63,439 nucleotides of DNA, filler included, from Intoshia linei (GCA_001642005.1; 12 parts of 12 records of this genome joined end to end with filler, not necessarily neighbours in it), one strand, 5' to 3'. Positions 38,871-52,087 are shown, counted from the whole stretch's first letter. The notes: a model not told the origin generated them from the letters alone. A program made the numbers and translations.

Positions 38871-39947
38871 ATGCTTCTTAACGAAATACAAAAATTGGAA
38901 GATGGAATTGTGAAACTTATTAAGGATTACACTAAACGTAAAGATGTAAACATTTTGGGAGTGTTATCAGTTTCTATTGACGAGAGGCATGAAACAGTAC
39001 TTAAAATGAATACAACGTGTCAAAAAATGGAAAATTTAGTTAAAAATAACCAAATGAGAATGGTGAGTGCCCAAACTTTAAATCCAAAAAATAAAAGAAA
39101 ATGTAGTCTTCCGATAAAAATAAATGAAAATTTAAATTTGACCTTTGGTGAATTGAATTTAATCTCACAAACTGCTGCTACTGTACCAAAACCAAAAAGA
39201 CGCAATTTAACTGAACAGGAACTGGATCATGAAGAAATGAGTTTATATTTAGGCGAAGGTAGATTTGTTACTTCCAATTTTAAATGCAATCGGTGTCTAG
39301 TTTATTTGAGCTCTGTGAATCGATATTTAACTCATACTAAACAGTTCCATCATTGTTATATTTGCCACGAATGTTTTCACCCGTTTACAACTAAAAAGAG
39401 TTTATTGCGTCATAGACCCATTCATACAGGACTGCGCCGTTATGCCTGTACTCTATGTTTGAAAGGATTTTATCGGCGAGATCATTGCAAAAATCATACC
39501 AGATTACATACTGAAATTGTCAGTGACACAGACAACTCGTGCGTTATCAGTGTCGCAAAGCCTTTTATTATTAAAACTAATGAAAACAATGCAGTTGTTT
39601 ATAATATAGAATTTAAACACACAAATCCAGAAATTTCATGTACGAATTTGGGCGATGTTTCTCCGAAAAGCGCAAAGTTTATAAAATTTACAGAATTTCC
39701 CAATAAATCTCAATTCACGAAAATTGTTAGAGATACAAATTGTATACATGTCGATTATTCTAATGCTCTCCATTTAAATAAAAGTACAGATTCAATTCAA
39801 GAAATTTTACAAAATACCTCTTCTCCTTGTTTACAATTCAATTTTAATAAAAAAGACAAATGCGATTCTCTTCCTTCTATTAAAGTTACAGATATTATGG
39901 GATCTCTAAATCAACAAAATTCAGTTTTAAAGAATTTATTAAATTGA
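38871..39947 (+). CDS. C2H2 zinc-finger protein (3 fingers), single 358-aa ORF
   Basis: CNRC..H...H, CHECFHPFTTKKSLLRHRPIH, TGLRRY linker, CTLCLKGFYRRDHCKNHTRLH. Confidence 0.88.
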   Translation: MLLNEIQKLEDGIVKLIKDYTKRKDVNILGVLSVSIDERHETVLKMNTTCQKMENLVKNNQMRMVSAQTLNPKNKRKCSLPIKINENLNLTFGELNLISQTAATVPKPKRRNLTEQELDHEEMSLYLGEGRFVTSNFKCNRCLVYLSSVNRYLTHTKQFHHCYICHECFHPFTTKKSLLRHRPIHTGLRRYACTLCLKGFYRRDHCKNHTRLHTEIVSDTDNSCVISVAKPFIIKTNENNAVVYNIEFKHTNPEISCTNLGDVSPKSAKFIKFTEFPNKSQFTKIVRDTNCIHVDYSNALHLNKSTDSIQEILQNTSSPCLQFNFNKKDKCDSLPSIKVTDIMGSLNQQNSVLKNLLN

Positions 39948-39963
39948 ATTTGTTAGTTTTTTA

Positions 39964-40912
39964 TTATATAAATGTTTTTTTATATTTTTTTGTCATCTTA
40001 TTGGTTATCATTGAGAAAACTTTTTCATTTTTCTGTAAGATGGACCACTTTTTAAACGTTTTGGCGTCAGATCCGTTCAGATTTACCTTTTTACTTTTGT
40101 AAGTCTTCAGGTAAGTCTAATTTCAACAAATGACCAATATAACATTACAATTAACAATTTCATGTTTATGAATATGCGAAAATTGAATGAAACTTAATTA
40201 GTTTTCTGAAATTTAAAACATTCTCTTTTCTCACTACTGCTGAAATGTTATTCATGCCAACATCAATAATATAGAAGTATTCTTCTTTTGACGTCAATAC
40301 GCTGTTAAATACCGTTCTGTTATCTATATTGCTATATTATCATATTCGTATTTCTACACGTTCCGTAGATTTAACTATGTGAAGCTGTTAAAATAATATG
40401 AGGGTGTTTATCTTGAGTTTTCACATATTTACAAGGAATTATTAGACTTTTTTATATTTTTATAGATTCGAATAACGATAACGATAACGAATTTGACATA
40501 TTTATATATATTTTTCTTTTTTCGACCATTTAGGAATCTTCTCAATTTTCTTCTCATTATTTTACATTCTTCCCTCAATTTATCATTTTCAAAGATTTGC
40601 TTTTCTAGGATAATAGTTTTAGAGGTAAGAGAATGTTGTGCAATAGCCAATTCAGCTGAAATAGATCGATTTACCCTTCCTAAATTTTCAATTTCTTGGT
40701 TATATTCAATAAGTTTTCTAGTGTACATGTCGATTAAATCATTTTTTTCAATAATGACTTTTTCATAGGTACTGACTTTATCGTTAAGTTTAATTTCATT
40801 TGTACGAAACGCGTGAATTGTATTATTTTGGTTATTAATTTCATTCCGAAGTTTTGCGATTGCTGATTTGGAATTTTCGGTTTGTCTTCTTTCAACTATA
40901 TAAGATTCAATC
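39964..40912 (-). CDS. Coiled-coil protein 3' exons, unknown
   Basis: Long open heptad-rich segment (~40500-40910) with AG acceptors; last exons and stop position uncertain. Confidence 0.45.
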
Positions 40913-41060
40913 TATATATAAAAGATTATTATTAATATTACATAAAAATTAGTTTGGACATAAGATGAAAATTAAGTTGATTTTTTTGAATTTTAATTAT
41001 TGGCTTGGATATCACCCGTAGGGGATAGGTAAATTAAGTAAATTTACTATTTTATAGTAA

Positions 41061-41118
41061 ACTCGGTTGACTGTTATGTACTACGTACATACAGCACCTA
41101 GCTCTACTGAGGGTACAT
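41061..41118 (+). repeat. ~60-bp palindromic dispersed element
   Basis: ggttgactgttatgtac-tac-gtacatacagcacctagctctactgagggtaca. Confidence 0.75.
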
Positions 41119-41199
41119 TTTACTTAAAAATGCTACAATTCGGTATTATCAAACCTTTAAAGTAAATTATTCCATCTTAATTTTGTTTTGTTAACATTT

Positions 41200-41880
41200 C
41201 AATTTTAAACAAAATGTTTTGAAAATCAGAATGAAAAATTGCGAAACAATAAATTATATAGATTTTTACCCATAATTATTTATTGAAAATGTGTAGACGT
41301 TCAATGTTTGATCAATTTGTTTTGAAATTGTAGGATCAATATTTACATTTTCAATTTTTAGTTTAATCGAAATATTTGAAAAATATTTGTTGATAATGTA
41401 TTAAAAATTATTTTTTACCGGGAATGCGTAAATTTCTGGGGTGAAAATTTAGTATTTATATGAACTGGAATAAGCTCTATCAGAATAATTTTTTTTAATT
41501 TTTGGACTGCGGATTATTTCACATTTTTTGTTTTAATAAAATGTTTCGGAAAAAAATATATGAATACTAAAATGCTTTTTTGACCGTGAAGGCGTAACTT
41601 AATCAGATTGAAATTTTTTTGAAATTCTAGGCCTGTTTTAATAAAAAAAGGACAATTGGGCGTTTTGACCCGTAAGATGTAAGTTTTGGAAATTGAAATT
41701 TATCTTACTAACGCTCCGGAAGAAACTGTAATAGAAATGTGGACTTTATAAAATTGTAAGACTGGTAGTTATTGAAATAAACAATAAAACACACACTCAC
41801 AAACAAACAAAGCATGTATTATATAAGTAAAGATTGTTTTTTGACCCTGAAGGCATAACCTTGTTATGTTGAAATTCTAT
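41200..41880 (-). mobile_element. Helitron-like repeat copy
   Basis: Reverse complement of the 18.6-19.4k copy; ends acacac..aaacaaac..tatataagtaaagat. Confidence 0.7.
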
Positions 41881-42369
41881 GTATAATATACATTGTATAT
41901 TTTAACTGGAAATGACTGATGTTAGGTAAATAAATCTTATATAATATGTTTCAATTTTCATCTTATAAAATTAACATACAGTGTATACAATGTTACAGAA
42001 AAGTTTCTGCGTTTTACAAATGTTTAAACACAATTGTAATGACAATTGTGAATATAAATGAAATGCAAAAACTTTGTTGGGAGGTGTAATGAATTTTGTG
42101 TAAAATAAAAAAACAAATATAAAAACACAGTATTATGAACATATTTTTTTATCAAACCAGAAAGGTGAGTTTATTAAGAATTTTTTAATGTGACGCCAGT
42201 GAAAACGAAAATATTTAAAATATAATATTGAAAGCGAATTATGAATACAAATGCGGTGCTGCAACCAATATTATTAAAAATGTCATATATATTATTTTTG
42301 ATATTATTGACAAAAAAAAATTTACTTTTATGTATTTTGTATTACCGGTATGTGAGCCTTCAAAATGTC

Positions 42370-42510
42370 TCTATCCACTGATGTATTCTGAAATGTCAAG
42401 GATGTTATTGTGTTTTCCAACATTTTACATGATTGAAAGTGGATTTAGTTCTGTAAATAAATTATTGAGTAAAGACAAAAACAAATTAAATTTGGTTATG
42501 TTTGGTAACA
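42370..42510 (+). mobile_element. hAT Buster C-terminal remnant
   Basis: LLCFPTFYMIESGFSSV..L..K.KNKL motif. Confidence 0.6.
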
Positions 42511-44259
42511 AAATAATTTGAAAATTCTCCTGCATTTTTTTCATTAAAAAAACCTTCCCCTTTAAAGTTTTGTACAAAAAATAGTCTGAAAATTGCATTT
42601 CGCTGATAGAAAGTAAAAAATATGTTTAATGAACATTGTTCATAATATGTACTTTTTATATAAATTATGTAATAATATAGATATTATCTATTTATATAGT
42701 CATGTTTGCATTTAATATTTTCATATTTGAATTTAATATAGTCATTTTTTAAAATTGATGGTAATGATCGGAAATCATAAGAAATTAATATTAACTATGT
42801 CTTAGCTACATAGGAGGCTTGAGTACCATCAATAACACTGTACAACACTCAAAAAAAAAGCACATCAAAATATATATCATTAAACTCTACGAAAAATTTG
42901 GTGAAGAATGGTATAATTTTTAAAGGTCAGTTAGATCTAATTTTTGAAGGACAGACAGATTAAAAATAACCAGTAATAATGGCGTTGTCATTTAAAATCT
43001 ATGTAACTAAATTAAAGTTCTTTTTAATTAATGAGTTTTGCATGTTTGTCAGTTTTCATTTATTAATGATTTTTGTTTTATTTGTGGTTTATATTTATTC
43101 AAAACGAAATGGAGCTACTATTTACTACTATTTAATTGAACTAAAGTTGGTAACAAATATACATAATTTTATAGAAAAATCCAACAAGAACAATGGACTT
43201 CAAACAAATGTGCATTTTGCTACATGCATGTGATGAATAACAATAAATTTTTCGATTCACCTATAATTTGGTCTCCACCTAAATCCAGTGATGATTGCTA
43301 TTTCTGTTGTCACAGAAAACACCAAATTGTCATAAATAAATTGATAAATTTTTTTTGAGATCTAACCAGATTTTCATTCCTAGTACAGTATAAATTACAC
43401 ATTTTGGAGTACCTAGTATATATCAAAATGTTCTGCTCTTTTCAAAAAAAACCAATTTTTTTTTAAAAATTAAAAAAGGTTCGGCCAATTTTTTATCTAC
43501 AGTAGATATCATAAATGTTTCATCAGAATATGTTATATACTTATATACACTTGACGGTAATTTTTTATTTATTTTGAAATTATATTTTTAAAGGGTCACA
43601 AAATTGAATTTAACATTAACTTGAATATAACTTAATTCTATATATTATATAAATATCCTTATATATACAGTTTAAAAATTAAATATCTCAAGATTACGAT
43701 CTAATCAGATAGAATCACAAAGATCATTCGAATCCTGACAGTGTTATTTAAGCCATAAACTAAATTTTGTTCTGCCCTTTTAAAATTTTTCCGAAAATGT
43801 TGTACCGTGTAATTAATTATATTTTTGCGATTTTTAATATTACTTTTTTATTGCATTGAAGTGATATGAATTCAAATTTTCTNNNNNNNNNNNNNNNNNN
43901 NNNNNNNNNNNNNNNNNNNNNNNNNNTTAATTAATTAANNNNNNNNNNNNNNNNNNNNNNNNNNNNNNNNNNNNNNNNNNNNTGCACTGAGGTTTTTCGG
44001 TTTCATCTGCATCATTACGACAGGTAAAACCAAATTGTACATAATTTTTATTTCATTGTCTTCTTTTAGACACCCTTAAAAAAGGTTAAAAACTATGATA
44101 ATTTATATATTAAAATACATAATTTGTATACCTTAAAAAATTTGATTATTTAAATGATTGTGAATAAATTCAATGAGCGTTAATTATTAACTTAACTTAA
44201 TAAGTATTACCAAGATGAAATTTTGTCTTATCACATGTCATCATGTCATTCATGTCTAT

Positions 44260-46254
44260 CACATCGTCAAGTTTTTTTTTGAGAAGATCTCTTTTTCAGC
44301 AGGATAATGCACCTTGCCATAAGTCTTTAAAAAGTATGGAATATTTAAGTTCAAGAAGGATTAAACTCTTAGAAAACTGGCCGTCACAGAGTCCTGATAT
44401 AAATATTATAGAAAATATGTGGCACATATTAAAACAAAATGTTAAAATTAGACAAGCAAGCAATGTCGAAGACTTATGGATGGTCGCATTAGATGAATAA
44501 AATAAAATACAAAATTCTTATATACAAAACCTATACAAAAGTATTCCAAGAAAAATCAAGTCCATTGTCACTTCTAAAGGACTACATACTAAATATTAAA
44601 CAATTAATTTTCATCAAAGCTTTCAAAAATAATTATAATCACCAAAAAATTAATATAATTCNGGATTTCCAAACACAAAATTGCTAGAGATCTTAAAATT
44701 TCAAGGCATTCTGTTATCGAAATAATTAAAAAATACAATAGTATACAATCTGTTGAAGATAAGCCAAGGTCGGGCCGTCCTCCTATACTATCTATAAGAG
44801 ATAAACGTTTTTTGTGCAATGAGTCTCGAAAGTTTTCTAGTAAAACTACTTCTAATGTGAAAAGAGATTCATTAGAGTCATCTGTAACCATATCCACAGA
44901 AACAGTAAGAAGATATCTTCGCAAAAACAACCTATTCGGAAGAATATCTGCTAAAAAACCATTATTATCGAAGCGTAATATCAAAAAATATTGTCGATTA
45001 CATTTGGAATAAAGTGATTTGGATTGGGCCAAGGTTATATTTACCGACGAAAGCAAAATCCAACTAATATCCACCACAAAATCGTACGTAAGAAGGCCTA
45101 AAGGTAAAAGATTTGATTTCAACTACACTACAAGTACATTAAAATATTCTTCTTCCATAATGGTATGGGGTGGTATTCGACATGATGGAGAACAAATTTT
45201 TTTAAAGTGCAATTTTAATGTAGATTCCAACGAATACATAAGAATTCTGTCTACCACATCGTCAAATTTTTGTCTTGAGAAGATCTCTTTTTCAGCAGGA
45301 TAATGCACCTTGCCATAAGTCTTTAAAAGTACGGAATATTTAAGTTCAAGAAGGATTAAACTCTTAGAAAACTGGCCGTCACAGAGTCCTGATATAAATA
45401 TTATAGAAAATATGTGGCACATATTAAAACAAAATGTTAAAATTAGACAAGCAAGCAATGTCGAAGACTTATGGATGGTCGCATTAGATGAATAAAATAA
45501 AATACAAAATTCTTATATACAAAACCTATACAAAAGTATTCCAAGAAAAATCAAGTCCNGTAATATAGATTCCAACGAATACATAAGAATTCTGTCTACC
45601 ACATCGTCAAGTTTTTTTTTGAGAAGATCTCTTTTTCAGCAGGATAATGCACCTTGCCATAAGTCTTTAAAAAGTACGGAATATTTAAGTTTAAGAAGGA
45701 TTAAACTCTTAGAAAACTGGCCGCCACAGAGTCCTGATATAAATATCATATAAAATATGTGACACATATTAAAACAAAATATTAAAATTAGACAACCAAG
45801 CAATGTCGAAGACTTATAGATGGTCGCATTAGATGAATGAAATAAAATACCAAATTCTTATATACAAAACCTATACAAGAGTATTCCAAGAAAAATCAAG
45901 TCCATTGTCACTTCTAAAGGACTACATACTAAATATTAAACAATTAATTTTCATCAAAGCTTTCAAAAATAATTATAATCACCAAAAAATTAATATAATT
46001 CAGGGATTCCAAGACTTTTGTGTCTAAAATTATTGGTAATAATTCTTTAATTTAAATTTAATGCAATTAATACTTTTTATTATATTTCATTATTAAGTAT
46101 AATATTACATTTATTCACCCTTGTATTGGTGTTAATAACATTTTATAAAAAACATGATTAGTTTTTGTACTATCAAACAAAATGTATCATTCTGTTGGGG
46201 GGGGGGGTCCAAGACTTTTGACCGGCACTGTATNAGACTTTTGACCGGCACTGT
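44260..46254 (+). mobile_element. Tc1-like (DD34E) transposon with the 3' part present three times; probably misassembled
   Basis: KPRSGRP, FTDESK, MVWG, QQDNAPCH..WPSQSPDINIIENMW; single-N junctions at 44662, 45560 and 46234; right end ccaagacttttgaccggcactg-TA with an inner direct repeat near 46005. Confidence 0.85.
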
Positions 46255-46639
46255 ACATTGCAATTATTTACATTCGTTTAAATTTTATGATTTTTAAGTC
46301 TATTATTTAGGCTAAATTTAACAAGTGTATTGTGATGAGTCATCACTGATGACAATTTTAAAATAAGTCGTAATAAAATGTGCATTGCATATATATTATA
46401 GCGTATATTTATAGTTTTTATAATTTATGACAGAATATGTCATTAGATTATTTTTATGCGTTTAGTTATTTAGAAATGTGTCCATTGCTTTCATTTTTTA
46501 TAATAAAAGATCCAAATGGAATATTGGATTATAATCCAATATAATAATATTCCATGATGTAAATTAACGCTTATCTTGTTATCCCAGTCATGCCCATAAT
46601 CTCGGTATGATACGTATAGGTTTGGACAAGAAATTCGGA

Positions 46640-47166
46640 TACTGAAATTCTAAGACCTGTCTTAAGTTTCAAGTTTTGATAACAAAATGTTTTGAAAATG
46701 AGAATTTGAGATTGAAAAATTGCGTAGCAATGGAAAAATTTTTGTATGAAACAATTATATAGATTTTTACCCATATTTCTTTATTAGAAATGTGTAGACG
46801 TTCAATGCACATTTTTTTTTGAAATTGTACGATCAATATTTACATTTTCAATTTTTATTTTAATCGAATTATTTAAAAAATATTGGTTGAAAATATATTA
46901 AAAATTTTTTTTCACAGGGAATGCGTAGATTTCTGGGGTTGAAATTTTGCATTTATATCAACTGGAACAAGCTTTATCAGAAAAATATTTTTTTTAATTG
47001 TCGGACCTTTAATAGTTTCACATTTTTTGTTTTAATAAAATATTTCGAAAAAAATAATATAAATAATATAGACCATATACACGCTGTACTAAAATGGTTT
47101 TTTAATTCTAAGACTGGTAGTTATTGAAATAAACGATAACACACACCCACCTAAAAAGAAAGCATA
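46640..47166 (-). mobile_element. Helitron-like repeat copy interrupted by a mariner
   Basis: Matches 41200-41560 and the ctaagactggtagttattgaaataaac block. Confidence 0.7.
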
Positions 47167-47168
47167 TA

Positions 47169-47457
47169 TTAGGTCGTTTCATTAACAAAATTAAAAAGTT
47201 TATTTGATTACATTAAAAATAAAGTTATATTATAAAATATTCAACATTGCTTTCCAGTCTTTTTCCAACGTTCCGGTAGTCTATTTATACTATTAGCATA
47301 AAAAATCGCTACTTTATTGGACAAAAACTTTTCTATGTCCAATTTTGACCCTTTATTTTAAGTGTATTTTTTACCATAGTAATTGTTACTCATAGCTTTA
47401 AAAAGGTAATAATCAGATGGTGCTAAGTCTGGTGAATACGGTGGATGTGGTAATACT
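47169..47457 (-). mobile_element. mariner transposon 3' remnant
   Basis: PHPPYSPDLAPSDYYLF and FYANSINRLPERWKK; terminus gaaacgacctaa-TA. Confidence 0.8.
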
Positions 47458-47557
47458 NNNNNNNNNNNNNNNNNNNNNNNNNNNNNNNNNNNNNNNNNNN
47501 NTTAATTAATTAANNNNNNNNNNNNNNNNNNNNNNNNNNNNNNNNNNNNNNNNNNNN

Positions 47558-48236
47558 GACATGCCAAAAGGTGATGGACGATTTACTTGGCGATTTAGAA
47601 AATGTTACAATGTATATATACGATATCATCATTGCATCACCAGATACACAAACCCACGAAGCTGATTTGCAAGTCATCCTTAGTCGTCTTTCTTCAGCTG
47701 GTGTTCACTTACAACCCAATAAATGTAACATAGGGAGTTCTAAACTTAAAATACTTGGTAAAATTATAGATGAAAATGGAATTAGAACTGACCCAAAAAA
47801 AATAGAAGCCATTGCCAAGCTAAAAACATGAGTATCACGATGACATCAAAGGATAACATGATTTATATAGAAAGAAATGAACGCCTTAGAAAAATAAAAA
47901 ACTAACCAAATTTAAGGATTACGTTCTGAATATAAGACAAGAAAAATCTAAAGATAATCCTATAGAGTTGAAATTATTGAAGCTAATACATCTAGCAGAC
48001 ACCCATTTCGGATAAAATTTTGTATTTAATCAAATCATAGAAATATTAAAAGCTAACAAAATACCTTATTCTTAAGAAGGGAGGTGTAGTATCGTCACAG
48101 ATACTAACTAAACTTATCTTATTCTACTATAAATATAAACGAGTTATCACTCAAGAATCTTTCGAATAATGTATTTAACTTGTAAATAGTATATAACTTA
48201 TTTTAGTTTAATTAATTAATAAACGTATTTACTACA
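47558..48236 (+). mobile_element. Ty3/gypsy LTR-retrotransposon remnant: RT fragment, PPT and 152-bp 3' LTR (48085-48236)
   Basis: RT YIYD (decayed YIDD), H..L..L, KC, LG.II..GI..DPKKI; PPT aagaagggagg; LTR TGTAGTA...TACTACA containing TATAAA and AATAAA. Confidence 0.85.
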
Positions 48237-48329
48237 ACATTTACATTTACAAATTTTACACGTGCATAATTATTTTACAATTTTAAAATAAAAGAATACC
48301 CTGGCACATTTTGTATGAAAATTAATGCA

Positions 48330-49010
48330 AACGACAATTATAGTCTAATTTGTAATAAAACTGTCTCCACACATAAGTAATATGAAAAAGCATTTTGCTA
48401 AATATTATTCTGAAATAATTCTGAAGACTCCTCAAGAGAAGGAAACACTCTATAAATCCCTTGCGAAATTTTTTTTGCTGTCACAAGCAGCCATGAGTCT
48501 TCATCCAAAAAAAATTTCCTTTGCCGTGTCCTTTACCCTTGCAAAAAGTTTAAAATCCTTCAGCGACGGTGAAAACATTATTAAAAAATGTTTTGACCAC
48601 ATTCTAAAGTTTGCAAATGTCAATCAAAAGACAAGAAAAGCTGTTAAAAACGCGGCACTTTCCCACCAAACCGTTAGTAGACATACATCCGAACTCGGAA
48701 AGGTTGCTCATGGGATTTTAAAAAAACAGCTACAAGACTGCCAATTTTTTTCTCTTGCCTTTGATGAAGCCACAAATGTGAACGATTTGGCACAGTTGTC
48801 TATATTTGTAAGATTCACTACGGATGAGATGCAATGAAGATACTGACCCTTTTCGGTAGTACATATAAGTGCGAACAATTGTTTTCGTTGATGAAGGTGA
48901 GAAAGAACAAAACTACTAACCGAATACTAGACGAAAATTTAGCACATTGCCTCAAATTATATTCCACCGATGTAACTTTGGAACAAATGTTTGAAAATAT
49001 GAAATTTTGA
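48330..49010 (+). mobile_element. Internally deleted hAT (GTF2IRD2/EPM2AIP1-like) remnant
   Basis: KSFSDGENIIK, LSHQTVSR, FSLAFDEATNVNDLAQLSIFVR, joined to FGSTYKCEQLFSLMK. Confidence 0.8.
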
Positions 49011-49429
49011 TTTACAAAATAAAATTATAATTTAAAAAAAAATAATTTTTTGTCGCTCGAGCACGATCATAATTTAAAAATCTTCGGAATCTAGTTTATT
49101 CGTTGAATTTTCTTTCGTCCTTGTAATGATAATCATTTTGGTTGGGCCCTTCTGAACAATAACCACAGCTGTACAGGTTATTTGATCCAACGCTCTGCAT
49201 GTAGTAAAAAAAATTTAAATTAGAATTTTTTACTTTTGTATGTTTGTATGTGAGAATAGTTTCGATTTCAGGGCTACAAATATTATGACAAATGCCAAGC
49301 TAGAGTTTCATGCTAACTTACATGTAGCTACAGCTCTAGATATAAATGTACAAGCCAAGCCGATTTTGGGCGTTGTAACTATGTATAATCTGATTATTTA
49401 AATGGGCAGATTTTTGAAATGATCATGAC

Positions 49430-50466
49430 CACTCGTGAGCAAAAACACCACAAATGTGGACATCACGGTTATAGATGATATTGAGTTTCTTCTTTTAAAC
49501 CAATTAACTGAGTGCCTTAAGATCATTGAGACTGGTGCTAATGCTCTTTGTAGACGAGATATATCAATTATCAATAGTGAAAAAACTTATAAATTTTTAA
49601 TAAATAAACTCAAAGAAAATAATGAAATTTCTCATTAACTATTAATTGCATTAAAAAGTAGAATATGTTCCAGGAGAAATGAGTTATGTGGTTTAACAAA
49701 CTATTTAAAAAATCCGAACAATTACGAGAATAATTTCAATAATAATTCTGAGTTTTTAGCATATTCACCTAAAAACGAATTACCAAATATTGCTTGATTT
49801 ATATATTAAACTTTATCCAAATGAGTCTAATTTTACTAATGAACATGTCGAAAAATCCATTCCTTCAATCAAAAAATCCAAAACAGAAGAATTAAACTTA
49901 ATAAATAATAGCAATGATAAATTCATTCAATAATCTTCTGAAAATATTACATTAGCGCGTATAATCAAAGAAATGCATTTTTACGAAGCAACTAATGAAC
50001 ATAATATCTTAAACATTCTAAAACTATGCTTAAAAACATTACCACCATCTTCTGTTGAAGCTGAAAGGTGTTTTAGTGCAGCTGGACTGTTTATCACAAA
50101 ATTAAGATCATCTATCGATGATAATATGATTAATGCATTGTGTTTTCTGAGAAACCATTTTAAAAATCAATAGTTTTATTTAACCAATTTTTTTCATTTT
50201 TAAATAAAATTTTTACTTGAAATACTTAAGTAATTAGATAATGACACTGTTAATCAACTTGAAATTAATAATAATCAAAAAATAATATAATAATAATAAA
50301 TTTCAGTTCAAAATATTATGGGTATTTTTAAATTGCAGAGCAGGCCGATGTTTTTGTAATAATATTAAAAACAAACACCTCAGATGTTATTTTTATTGCA
50401 TTTCTCATATCGTACGGCCCTATATTTTTTCAATTTCTAAAATTCGATCAAAAAGTTAACACCTTA
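49430..50466 (+). mobile_element. hAT transposon 3' half
   Basis: PPSSVEAERCFSAAGLFITKLRSSIDD..INALCFLR dimerization domain; terminus aagttaacacctta. Confidence 0.85.
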
Positions 50467-50936
50467 ATGACCATAACACATCCATCACCTCAAAAACTAA
50501 ATTACGATACAGATCTAAATCGAAAAATCCTTACCCTCACAGAACTAAATTAAAACCAAAATATCTAAAAAATTATCACATATTTGGGGAAACCGGTATC
50601 ATTTAGTAACTAGATAATATGGCAACACTGAATCTTAGTTACATACTTTTCAAATAATATTTTGTCATTTAATTAATTAAAGTATTCAACACTTACTTGT
50701 ACCTATTACTTTACTTCTATAAATATCACCGTCACACGAAATTTTGCAGCGAGTCATAATTTAAAATACAGAAATGTTCTGAAACCACTCTACTGGTCGA
50801 TAATTTAATTTATCAAAATATATCTCAACGCGTAATTTGAGTTTGAATCCATGTACAGAACATGTAATAAAAAAATTTTCAAAAAGAAAACTGATAAATT
50901 TCAACTTTTCAAATTAAATAAAAAAATAAAAATTAC

Positions 50937-51489
50937 CTGAACATAAATAATTGGCATCGATTGTTTGAGTCGACTATATCTACGAGCTTCATGGTATAAA
51001 GTTTCGGGGATATATTCCATAATGAGATTTAAGCATACGTCATTTTTTTCATCATGTGAAAAAAAATGATAATAGAAATCGACAATATTGGTATGTTGTA
51101 TTTTCCGCATTATAACAAGTTCTCTGTTTTTAAAACGTTTGTCTTGTAACACCTTTTTAATTGCAGCGCATTTGGTACCATTTTTATCACTAAGATTAAT
51201 TTTGTATACACTACCGAAAGACCCGCTCCCCACAATTTCTTCATTCACGTAGCTAATATCAACTGGTTCCATAGTCGAAGAGTATGCTGGAACCCCCTTA
51301 ACATGTACAATTTTATCACCATCTAGAATTCAATTGAATAAATATAAATAACACGTCACTTGTTTGCTTTTGAATAGGCTTTCCTTTAAAATCTAAACGT
51401 CTTACATCTTCTTTACTATCCAACTTTTTAGGTTTTTTAGTATCATTAAACACTGGATTTCTTTTATTTTCCATGATTCCCTTATTCAT
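50937..51489 (-). CDS. GSK3: Glycogen synthase kinase-3 (shaggy-like), 5' exons only (37-nt intron 51323-51359)
   Basis: ISY..EIVGSGSFGSVY, AIKKVLQDKRFKNRELVIMRK, LNLIMEYIPETLY; donor at 50936; downstream exons absent from this contig. Confidence 0.92.
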
Positions 51490-52087
51490 TTGAAATCTAA
51501 AGAAAATTTTAAATTTAAAACCAAATACGTACCATAAATTGTTTACAACGCTGCAATTTTATATATTACTCGACAATGCAAAATTTATTCGTTTGAAAAA
51601 ATTAAAAACTCTTAAAATCAAAATCATTAATAAAACAAATTTTAAATAATTCTCGGTTAGATTAGTAAAATATTAATATATCACTATTTCTCCAAACTAT
51701 GGTTGCTCGTAGTTTATAATTATTCCATATCCAAATAAATAATGCTAAATTTAATTGTAAATATTTGTTCCCATGAAAATTTATTATTTGTCCAATTACC
51801 ATAACAAATGTATTGACTGTTACAAATTGAATGTTCATCAATTAAAACTTAATTTAAATGGTGTTTACCTGTTTTAATTGATATTTTACATTACAGAAAA
51901 TTATAGAAATTAAGAATTGTCACGTTTAGTGTCATTTGCGTACTTTTTATTGATCAAAGTAGATTTGGAGGTCACTTTCTTATTCAAATATTGAATGGTT
52001 AAGATTTTACTATTTAAACATTCAAAAATAAATTGCTTATTTATACTACATATTTGGACAATACAATTTTATATATTTATTTAACAA

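Noticed and set aside
44604-45458. 172-aa and 111-aa minus-strand ORFs
   Set aside because: Antisense shadows of the Tc1 transposase.
44260-46254. Tandem array of Tc1 3' halves as a real structure
   Set aside because: Every junction is a single N, so this is likely a stitch of different genomic copies.
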